From positions 1 through 27,009 of the forward strand of contig JALUCS010000117.1 of NCBI GenBank assembly GCA_027050205.1: a stretch of DNA of 27,009 nucleotides, in the 5' to 3' direction. Within the stretch, counting starts at the first letter, position 1, and each line of letters starts with the position of its first letter. The notes beneath the pieces were generated by a model that was given only the letters and a program-made list of their open reading frames with translations, made no database searches and was not told the DNA's origin. The stretch is from a candidate division WOR-3 bacterium (GTDB taxonomy: Bacteria > Hydrothermota > Hydrothermia > LBFQ01). Of this stretch, positions 19,730-27,009 are shown piece after piece. A program made the position numbers and the translations under genes.

Positions 19730-22042
19730 ATGCTGTGGTTAGCATTGGGATACATCAAGATAGACAACCTGAAGGTGGACGTGGTGGGCGCCCAGGATAC
19801 GGACCGACGCCCACCCGTCGTTGAGGTGATAGAGGACAAGGACCCATCTGCGGACGTTTATACCGTAGCCCCCAAGTTCGGATGGACCGAGGAGAAGCAG
19901 AGGATCGTAGATACGTACGACCCCCAAAAAGCAAAGGACAAGCTCCAGACCTTAACTCGGAACTGGAACAGGTACCTTAGGAGAGCGCTGAACGACGAGT
20001 TCGTGAGGAGCGGCTACAAGGAGGCCCTCTGCGAGAGGTACACCGCCTTAAACAAGCCCTGCCCGAAGGAACATCCCCTCAACGAGCAGATGAAGGAGCT
20101 GCTCTCCTCCTACGCATCCAAGCCTGACCCCTGGACCTATGCCGAGATAGTCACCACCTACGAGGATATGAACCGCCTTGTAGATGCTATCCTGAAGCAG
20201 AACCCCCCTCACAAGAACCTTGAAGAGGCCAAGCGGAACTACCACCTCGCCCCAGTAAACGCCCAGATAGCCAAGAAGCCCTTCAGTTGGGAGGACGGCA
20301 TCTCCCTCCTGGACGGAAACCAGTGGATGAGCTACGGTGTGGCCTACACCGGTTCCTACGAGTTCAACCCAAGGGTCGTCGCCGTAGGAGGGGCCGATAC
20401 ACTGGTATTCGCCTTCAACGTGAACAACTGCAACAGTTGGTGTTCGGGGACGACGTCCAACGCCTGCGTGGTGGTGGGCCACTCCTACAACCGGGGACTC
20501 ACCATGTCGTTGGACTTCTGCATATACAACACCTCGGCCAACTTCTGGGAGGTGGCCATAGGGGCCGATCCCTACCGACGCACTTTCACCGTAGCTTGGA
20601 CAGACGACTACTACTATCCGGACATAGACATATGGGCCTGGACCTTCTACATAAGGAACCCCCTCTCCAACAACATCGGCCCCAACACCGTAGACTTCTC
20701 CGGCGATAGGACCATCACCCCCTACGTCAACTCCGAGTTCAACTGGGGTAGGCCCGGATGTATGGGCAGGTGGTTCAGTTCCTGCTCCTGCTCCGGTACG
20801 GACAACTGGATATTCGTGAGCTTCACCAAAGTGGGGAGTTCCGACGGTGACGGGGACGGCTACGCCGACGCTCAAGGTGTCAAGATAGCGAGGAGTACGG
20901 ACTGCGGCGACAACTACTCCATCGTGTATAACGGTCCCAGTAGGAACGGTTCGGCCCGCGACAACAACCAGATAATGTTGGAGACCACCAACGACCCCCG
21001 GAGCGGCTCCGTCGTATGCGCCTCCTACAACGGCGGGGACAACACCATACAGGCCGTGTACGACTGGAAGAATCCCTCCACCTGCTCGGACCCCTGCACC
21101 CACAACTACATAACCCACCTCTACACGGACGACTCCCGCGGATGGGGCGGTTCCTGGGTGGCGACGGACATACTTAGCAACTACTGGAAACCGATAAACC
21201 AGCCTTGGCTCTCCGTCGCCCGTACCCTGAACACCTCCTCTATGACCCACCTCGTCCTCTTCGGAAGTTGGTGGTCCTCCTCCGACGGAGATATAAGGGG
21301 TATCTACGGCAGCGGTATCCCACCTTCGGGGTGGAGCAGCATCTTCAACGTAGACTTCACCACCATAGACAGCCGTACCCCCACGGTCCATACCGACGCC
21401 CGTTGGCAGTGGTGTCCCGGCGCCACAACGACCACGGCCAACTACTTCCATACGGCCTTCTACCACAAGTGTCCCAGCTCCTACGACGGTCGCCTCTGTA
21501 GTGCGTCTCCCTCCTCATACAACAATACCTTCAGGGTGGCCGTTATGAGAGCGCCCTGGTCCAACCCCCTGAGCTGGGGTCCGGAGTACTGCAACAGGTG
21601 GGGTGTATACGCCGACACCATAGCCATACCTCCCCCTCCGAGCTTCGGCAACGGCGGTGTATGGCAGAACTGGTGGCAGATAAACGGTACCACCTTCAGG
21701 GCGCACAGTACCTCCGGTTCCTCGTGGTGGTTCGGGACCTTCTGGGTGTATAAGTGGAGCTCCACCGATTACGACATCTACTGGACGATCTTGAGGTGTG
21801 CCGTGGGTAGCGGTGACGACGACCTCGCCGCGGGGGAGGCCAAGGATACCTACGAGGACGTCCGGGTGAGTGTTGAGGGCAGAAGGCTCGTCCTCTCCGG
21901 CTACGGTAAGGCACAGGTCTTCTCCTCCGACGGCCGCCTCGTGGCTAAGACGGAGATCAAGGGGAAGGGGAGCCTGTCCCTGCGGCCCGGAGCTTACTTC
22001 GTACGGACGGGCGACGGTGTAAGGAAGGTGGTCGTGCGTTGA
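19730..22042 (+). CDS. Large secreted Cys/Trp/Ser-rich protein of unknown function with T9SS-like C-terminal domain
   Basis: Start placed at ATG 19730, 8 nt after TAGAAT. Asp-box-like ARSTDCG and [17 protein letters not shown]-terminus VFSSDGRLV...LRPGAYFVR...KVVVR. Confidence 0.85.
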   Translation: MLWLALGYIKIDNLKVDVVGAQDTDRRPPVVEVIEDKDPSADVYTVAPKFGWTEEKQRIVDTYDPQKAKDKLQTLTRNWNRYLRRALNDEFVRSGYKEALCERYTALNKPCPKEHPLNEQMKELLSSYASKPDPWTYAEIVTTYEDMNRLVDAILKQNPPHKNLEEAKRNYHLAPVNAQIAKKPFSWEDGISLLDGNQWMSYGVAYTGSYEFNPRVVAVGGADTLVFAFNVNNCNSWCSGTTSNACVVVGHSYNRGLTMSLDFCIYNTSANFWEVAIGADPYRRTFTVAWTDDYYYPDIDIWAWTFYIRNPLSNNIGPNTVDFSGDRTITPYVNSEFNWGRPGCMGRWFSSCSCSGTDNWIFVSFTKVGSSDGDGDGYADAQGVKIARSTDCGDNYSIVYNGPSRNGSARDNNQIMLETTNDPRSGSVVCASYNGGDNTIQAVYDWKNPSTCSDPCTHNYITHLYTDDSRGWGGSWVATDILSNYWKPINQPWLSVARTLNTSSMTHLVLFGSWWSSSDGDIRGIYGSGIPPSGWSSIFNVDFTTIDSRTPTVHTDARWQWCPGATTTTANYFHTAFYHKCPSSYDGRLCSASPSSYNNTFRVAVMRAPWSNPLSWGPEYCNRWGVYADTIAIPPPPSFGNGGVWQNWWQINGTTFRAHSTSGSSWWFGTFWVYKWSSTDYDIYWTILRCAVGSGDDDLAAGEAKDTYEDVRVSVEGRRLVLSGYGKAQVFSSDGRLVAKTEIKGKGSLSLRPGAYFVRTGDGVRKVVVR

Positions 22043-22263
22043 AGGTGGCCAACCTACTAAGGGACGCCCTTATCCTTCTCCTCCGGGCCTACCGGAGGTA
22101 CGTATCCCCCCTCAAACCGCCGACCTGTAGGTACGTACCAACCTGCTCCGAGTACTCCATCCAGGCTCTACAGAAGTACGGCCTTATAAAGGGAACGGCC
22201 AAGTCCGTCTGGAGAGTCCTGCGGTGTAATCCATTTTCAAAGGGGGGATACGACCCACCCTAA
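22039..22263 (+). CDS. yidD: Membrane protein insertion efficiency factor YidD
   Basis: [30 protein letters not shown]. Confidence 0.95.
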   Translation: MKVANLLRDALILLLRAYRRYVSPLKPPTCRYVPTCSEYSIQALQKYGLIKGTAKSVWRVLRCNPFSKGGYDPP

Positions 22264-22280
22264 CGGGAAAGTTAAAGGGA

Positions 22281-22307
22281 AGGGGGGCCGAAAGGCCCCC
22301 TCTTTTT
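22281..22307 (+). terminator. Intrinsic terminator between convergent yidD and the DUF505-like gene
   Basis: GGGGGCC-GAAA-GGCCCCC followed by TCTTTTT. Confidence 0.85.
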
Positions 22308-24270
22308 ATTCGTACCTGACCTCCTGCTCCCTCTCTTCCTCCCTCAAGAGCTGGAGGATCATAAGTCCGGCCTCCGTGAGGGTGTTCTGTCCCACGAGAC
22401 CGGCCGCCCTGGCGAGGATCAGGGCCTTCCTGAAGACCTCCGGCTCAAGGCCGGACCTCTTTATGGCCTCCTTGATGTTCCTCGGAAGGATGCGTATCTT
22501 ACGCTCCTTTACGTAGAGGGTACCCACCTCTGCCAACGCCTTGAGGAGACGAACGGTTATGGGTGTCAGGGGGTTTATCATACTGTCGGGGGCGCCCGCC
22601 AAGGCCCTCTTTATCTTACGTCCCTTGTCCGTCAGGATTACCCCTTCGTCGGGCAGGAGGGAGAGGTAGCCGCGGGCCTCCAACTTGTTGAGGGCGTAGG
22701 CTATCTCCTCGTGCCATATCTCGTCAAACTGGTTATAGACGTCCTTCAGGAAGAAACCCTGCTCGGGTACGGACTTCAGGACCTGCAACTCAAACTTCGT
22801 CACGTGGGGTTTGCGAACGATCTTGTAGGAGAGGTCGGCATACAGCCTGCCGGACTCCGTCGGTCCGGCTACGCTCACGAGGTTTCTCTTAAGGGCCTCA
22901 TCGTACCACTTGCCGTTCGGGGCGATGAACTCACCGTAGGATATGGTTATGCTCTTTACGGCCTCGGAGGGGATGTCCCGGAAGCCCCTCCTGTACATAT
23001 CCCCCAGGACCTTTCTGCCGTACTCCGTCAGGCGATAGACCTCTTTGTCCTTCTCTACGGAGGAGTAGGCTAGGTCAAAGGACTCCAGGGAGTAGAGGGA
23101 CTGGAGGACGACCTCCTTCATCTTGTCCCGCCACTTACCGCCCCTCTCGTAGAAACTCTTGAACAACTCCTCCACTGTCTTGACCTCGGCGAACTTCTTC
23201 TCTATCTCCTTCTTCTTGTGATAACCCAGATCCTGGTATATCCGGCGGCCGTAGTGAGAGAGGAGGTGTTTGTACTGCTTTATGGGGCGGTAGAACAGCT
23301 CGTTTATAACCTCATCAACGGTCGGGAGAAGGTCGGGGTTCTGCTCGTGCTTCTTCCAGAGGGAGTCCAAGGTCTTCAGGATCTCGGCGTCCAGAAGGTC
23401 TATGGACAGGGTCTTTACGGGTTTGAACTCCCTGCCCTTCCACAGGTTGTATGCTTCCAAGACGTACTCACCGGCTGGGAGGAGTTCCCCATCCTCGGAG
23501 ACGTAGGCGAGGGCGGCGAGGAGGGTGCGGTCGGCTTCATTAAGGTTTTCCCACCCCTCGTCCATGTACCTTGCGAGTAGGACCATCAGATCCTCGGAGA
23601 GGACGACGTCGCGGGAGGGGGCGATGTAGTCCATAGCCCGCTTTACCACTTGACCCAGACCGGTGAAGGTGAAGACCTCCCGGTGGGGTACGGATAGGGC
23701 TATGAGCCTCATAGACTCCAGTAGCTCGGCGAACCTCTTCTCCTTTAGTAGGTTCTTGGCGGGGGACGGACCCTCCGGCACCTTGCGGATGTACTCGTAC
23801 AGCTCTCGGCTTATCACGAGTTTGGGGTGGGCGCCCCTATAGACCTCCCACACCCTCTCGGCGTACTCGTTTATGACCTTGAAGGTTCCCTTCTTCTTCT
23901 CCTTCCTCAACTCCACGAACCCCCTCTCCTCCAACATCCCCTCCGTAAGGTAGGAGACCTTGTCTCCGTTCCTCCGGGCTGACTCTATGGCCGTAAGGAC
24001 CTCCGAGCCTATCCACCTCCAGTCCTCCGGCCACTCTTGCGGGGGTTTCAGCTTCCCGTTCTCCACCATCTCGCGGAGGGTGTGGGCGAGGAGCCTCCCC
24101 CAGTAGGTCAGGGAGTAGCGGAGGGGACTCCTAAGGGCCACCAGGTTGGCCATGTCCAGCTCTATATGCTCCAACTCGTTGATAGGGTCTATGTCTAGGA
24201 AGGCTTGACCCTCCTCCTCTCTCTCAAGGAGCTTGAGTAAAGCTAACGCGTGTTCTTTCCTTACGAGCAT
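22306..24270 (-). CDS. Conserved hypothetical protein, DUF505-like, with repeated winged-helix-like units
   Basis: 654 aa with SD GGGAGGT and upstream TATAAT; recurring (L/F)TxxG wing motifs (LTYWG, FTGLG, LTEYG, LTDKG, LTEAG). Family assignment is from memory. Confidence 0.65.
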   Translation of the reverse strand: MLVRKEHALALLKLLEREEEGQAFLDIDPINELEHIELDMANLVALRSPLRYSLTYWGRLLAHTLREMVENGKLKPPQEWPEDWRWIGSEVLTAIESARRNGDKVSYLTEGMLEERGFVELRKEKKKGTFKVINEYAERVWEVYRGAHPKLVISRELYEYIRKVPEGPSPAKNLLKEKRFAELLESMRLIALSVPHREVFTFTGLGQVVKRAMDYIAPSRDVVLSEDLMVLLARYMDEGWENLNEADRTLLAALAYVSEDGELLPAGEYVLEAYNLWKGREFKPVKTLSIDLLDAEILKTLDSLWKKHEQNPDLLPTVDEVINELFYRPIKQYKHLLSHYGRRIYQDLGYHKKKEIEKKFAEVKTVEELFKSFYERGGKWRDKMKEVVLQSLYSLESFDLAYSSVEKDKEVYRLTEYGRKVLGDMYRRGFRDIPSEAVKSITISYGEFIAPNGKWYDEALKRNLVSVAGPTESGRLYADLSYKIVRKPHVTKFELQVLKSVPEQGFFLKDVYNQFDEIWHEEIAYALNKLEARGYLSLLPDEGVILTDKGRKIKRALAGAPDSMINPLTPITVRLLKALAEVGTLYVKERKIRILPRNIKEAIKRSGLEPEVFRKALILARAAGLVGQNTLTEAGLMILQLLREEEREQEVRYE

Positions 24271-24323
24271 ACACTTTACCTCCCTTTAGGCGTGTATTAT
24301 ATGGGAGGAAAAATTTAACTACA

Positions 24324-26198
24324 TCATCCCTCCCTTACGCCCTCAACCACCTCCACGATGCGGTTGAGTAGGCCCTCCTCGTCCAACCCCACCTCCTTCA
24401 GCAGCAAGTCCTTTTTGCCATGGGTTATGAAGCGGTCGGGAAGGCCGAACCTTACGATCCGCTTCCCGCTTAGGAGCCTCCTTTCTGCGAGGTACTCAAG
24501 GACTGCGCTCCCGAAACCGCCTGCTATGACGTTGTCCTCAAAGGTGAAGACGTAGCGTGCGTTGGCTACCACCTCCTCCATAACTTCCACGTCCAAGGGT
24601 TTGACGAACCGGGCGTTATAGACCGTAGGGTAGATACCCCTTTCGTTGAGGCCCTCGGCGACGCGGAGGACGGGATAGACGAAGTAGCCAACGGGCAACA
24701 GGACGATGTCCGGGTCCCCCTCAATTAGGAGTTCCCAGCGGCCTATGGGTACGAGTTCCGCCCTGTCCCAAGATGGATGGACGGGTACCTCCCCCCTGGG
24801 GAAACGTACGAATATCGGCCCCTCCTCGTACTTCCAAGCCGTATATACCATATTCCGTAGCTCGTCCCCGTCTTTGGGGGCCATTATTACGACGTTGGGG
24901 ATGGGGCGGAGGTAGGAAAGGTCAAAGACCCCGTGGTGGGTGGGGCCGTCGTCCCCGACGAGTCCTGCCCTGTCAAGGAAGAACCTGACCGGCAACTTTT
25001 GGAGGGCGACGTCGTGAATGACGCTATCGTAGGCCCTCTGTAGGAAGGTGGAGTATATGGCCACGAAGGGCTTCACCCCGGCACGGGCGAGGCCCGCGGC
25101 GAAGGTAACGGCGTGCTGCTCGGCTATTCCCACGTCGTAGTACTGACTGGGTAGGGTGTCCCGCAGTTGGTCCAGGCCCGTCCCCTTGGGCATAGCCGCC
25201 GTTATACCCACCACCCTTATGTCCTGCTGGGCTATCTCCACCACGGCCCTGCCGAAGAGTTTGGAGTACTTGGGCTTAGCATCCGGCCTTCTTCTCGGAG
25301 TTCCGTCTATCTTATCGTAGGAGCCGAGGCCGTGGAATGTCTCCGGGTCCTTTAAGGCGGGTACGTACCCGTGTCCCTTCTCCGTTATCACGTGGATGAG
25401 GATGGGTCCCTTCAGCCGCTTGGCGTCCCGCAGTATCTCGTCCAACCTCCTTATGTCGTGGCCGTCTATGGGGCCTATGTACCGGAATCCGAAGAACTCA
25501 AACAGTGCAGCCGGGTCCTGAACTATGGTCTTTATGACGTCCTCAAGCTTGCTCCCCCAGTACTTTCCCTTATTGGGGAGGAGGCGGTAAATCTTGTCCC
25601 TAAGGGTGTTGTATATCGGATTGACCTGTACGTGAGCGAGCATCTGGGCTATACGGCCGACGTTCTTGTCTATGGACCAACCGTTGTCGTTCAGGATGGT
25701 TATCAGGTCTACGCCGAGGGATCCGGCGTTGTTCATAGCCTCAAGGGTCATGCCTATGGTCAGGGTGGCGTCCCCTATCACGGCCACCACGTGGTAGTCC
25801 TCACCGGTGTAGTCCCTCGCCTTAGCCATTCCGAGGGCGGCCGAGAGGGCCGTACCGGCGTGTCCAGCGCCCCAGGCGTCGTAGTCGCTCTCAAAGATGT
25901 TGGCAAAACCGGATATACCCCCGTACTGACGGAGGGTGTGGAAGCGGTCCCTCCTGTCCGTGAGGATCTTATAGACGTACGTCTGGTGAGAGACATCCCA
26001 AACTATCTTGTCCTTCGGTGGGTCAAAGTTCCGCAGTAGGGATATGGTAAGCTCAACGACCCCTAAGTTCGGCCCGACATGGCCACCGTTCTTTGAGGTT
26101 ACCTCCACGAGAAGCTCCCGGATTTCCCTCGCGAGAGCCTTAAGCTCCTCATAACTCATCCGGCGGAGGTCCCTATAGGACTTCAGATCTTGAAGCAT
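24324..26198 (-). CDS. dxs: 1-deoxy-D-xylulose-5-phosphate synthase
   Basis: GGHVGPNLG, GDA...NDN thiamine-binding motif, YIGPIDGH, IAEQHA, DRAG, DGPTHHG. Confidence 0.97.
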   Translation of the reverse strand: MLQDLKSYRDLRRMSYEELKALAREIRELLVEVTSKNGGHVGPNLGVVELTISLLRNFDPPKDKIVWDVSHQTYVYKILTDRRDRFHTLRQYGGISGFANIFESDYDAWGAGHAGTALSAALGMAKARDYTGEDYHVVAVIGDATLTIGMTLEAMNNAGSLGVDLITILNDNGWSIDKNVGRIAQMLAHVQVNPIYNTLRDKIYRLLPNKGKYWGSKLEDVIKTIVQDPAALFEFFGFRYIGPIDGHDIRRLDEILRDAKRLKGPILIHVITEKGHGYVPALKDPETFHGLGSYDKIDGTPRRRPDAKPKYSKLFGRAVVEIAQQDIRVVGITAAMPKGTGLDQLRDTLPSQYYDVGIAEQHAVTFAAGLARAGVKPFVAIYSTFLQRAYDSVIHDVALQKLPVRFFLDRAGLVGDDGPTHHGVFDLSYLRPIPNVVIMAPKDGDELRNMVYTAWKYEEGPIFVRFPRGEVPVHPSWDRAELVPIGRWELLIEGDPDIVLLPVGYFVYPVLRVAEGLNERGIYPTVYNARFVKPLDVEVMEEVVANARYVFTFEDNVIAGGFGSAVLEYLAERRLLSGKRIVRFGLPDRFITHGKKDLLLKEVGLDEEGLLNRIVEVVEGVREG

Positions 26199-26249
26199 GA
26201 GACTCTATTTTACAGCCGCCTCCGCCGTATCGCAACCCATCAAAAAAAG

Positions 26250-26322
26250 AGCCAGCGGTGGGACTCGAACCCACAACCTGCGCATTACGAATGCGCCGCT
26301 CTGCCGATTGAGCTACGCTGGC
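26250..26322 (-). tRNA. trnT: tRNA-Thr (anticodon CGT); CCA not encoded
   Basis: GCCAGCG acceptor stem, anticodon arm GCGCA-TTCGTAA-TGCGC, T-arm GTGGG-TTCGAGT-CCCAC; upstream TATAAT and downstream T-run. Confidence 0.97.
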
Positions 26323-26419
26323 TTGAGGTGGATATTATACACCCGTAAAGGGAACCGATTGAATATCACTTCCCAGCCTCCCTTTGATCCGGCGAGGGAC
26401 CAGCCGAGGGCGTTCATAT

Positions 26420-26764
26420 TCACCAACCTTCCTTTTCAATTATACTCTTTATCTTTCTTCTCAAATCAGGAATTTTGTTTATCACTACATCCCCCACGAT
26501 TTCGTAATCAATTCCAAAGTATTCGTGTATGAGTACGTTCCTCATTCCGGTGATCTTCTTCCATTCCACCTCTGGATACCTTTCCTTCAGCTCTTCCGGT
26601 ATATTTCTGGACGCCTCACCTATTATTTCAAGGCTCCTAACGAAAGCCCTCTTTAGGCTCTCATCCCTCATAAATTCCTCAAAGCTCAAACCTCTTGACG
26701 CATTTTCCAAATATTCGCACTCGTCCGTTATATGTTTCAGAAAAGGTCTTGCGTCCCTACTCAT
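26420..26764 (-). CDS. HepT-like (DUF86) HEPN ribonuclease toxin
   Basis: [32 protein letters not shown] (Rx4HxY motif); ATGA overlap with the upstream MNT remnant. Confidence 0.92.
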   Translation of the reverse strand: MSRDARPFLKHITDECEYLENASRGLSFEEFMRDESLKRAFVRSLEIIGEASRNIPEELKERYPEVEWKKITGMRNVLIHEYFGIDYEIVGDVVINKIPDLRRKIKSIIEKEGW

Positions 26765-26901
26765 ACGAACACCACCTCCTTCTCTATGTACGGCCTAATG
26801 TACGGACTTACGCTTTTAGGCGTTAGTAAATCTATCTTCCTTCCTAGTAATCTTTCAAGAAAGAAGGCGAGATTTATGAAATTTTCAAAATTTTTCTTTC
26901 C
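26761..26901 (-). pseudogene. C-terminal remnant of a minimal nucleotidyltransferase (MNT) antitoxin
   Basis: Manual translation [46 protein letters not shown]; the N-terminal GS...DxD half is replaced by IS-like sequence. Confidence 0.85.
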
Positions 26902-26904
26902 ATA

Positions 26905-27009
26905 TGCTTTGTCCAAAAAGTGAGGGGGTGGTAGTGGTCGGGGATAGAATAGAGGGATATGAAGGAGAAGAAGGAGAAGAAGAGGGACTGGAAGAAGTAC
27001 AACGAGCAG
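26905..27009 (+). mobile_element. Left end of a probable IS5-family element; transposase starts at 26959 and runs off the window
   Basis: TGCTTTGTCC resembles IS903-type termini (GGCTTTGT); ORF MKEKKEKKRDWKKYNEQ fits the RxWxxYNxxL N-terminus of IS5-family transposases. Only 17 codons are visible. Confidence 0.65.

Noticed and set aside
17819..21466. Long antisense ORFs 17819-19078 and 20048-21466 (also 4934-5899)
   Set aside because: Codon-bias shadows of well-supported genes on the opposite strand.

Overview
Chromosomal window from a high-GC, probably thermophilic bacterium. The rRNA is very GC-rich and several secreted proteins end in T9SS-like C-terminal domains, consistent with a WOR-3/FCB-type lineage (inference only). 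Housekeeping genes (ligA, Xaa-Pro peptidase, nrnA, obgE, ABC ATPase, cytochrome c, aldehyde dehydrogenase, yidD, dxs, tRNA-Thr) are mixed with four secreted proteins carrying that C-terminal domain. The centre holds a stand-alone 23S rRNA gene with no adjacent 16S or 5S, enclosed by a perfect 32-bp stem. It is interrupted by a 716-nt group I intron at position L1931 that encodes a LAGLIDADG homing endonuclease, and is followed by a GIY-YIG-like ORF. Most notable observations: (1) the 23S deviates at normally near-universal positions (H69 loop, H71, shortened H38 and H46); (2) the secreted proteins have only ~8-residue N-terminal hydrophobic leaders; (3) an 8-Cys peptide precursor gene sits behind a diverged copy of the 23S promoter/leader and is bracketed by its own inverted repeat; (4) most genes look leaderless; (5) an IS5-family element has cut the antitoxin of an MNT-HepT pair at the right edge. 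E. coli rRNA numbering and consensus sequences are recalled from memory, not computed.
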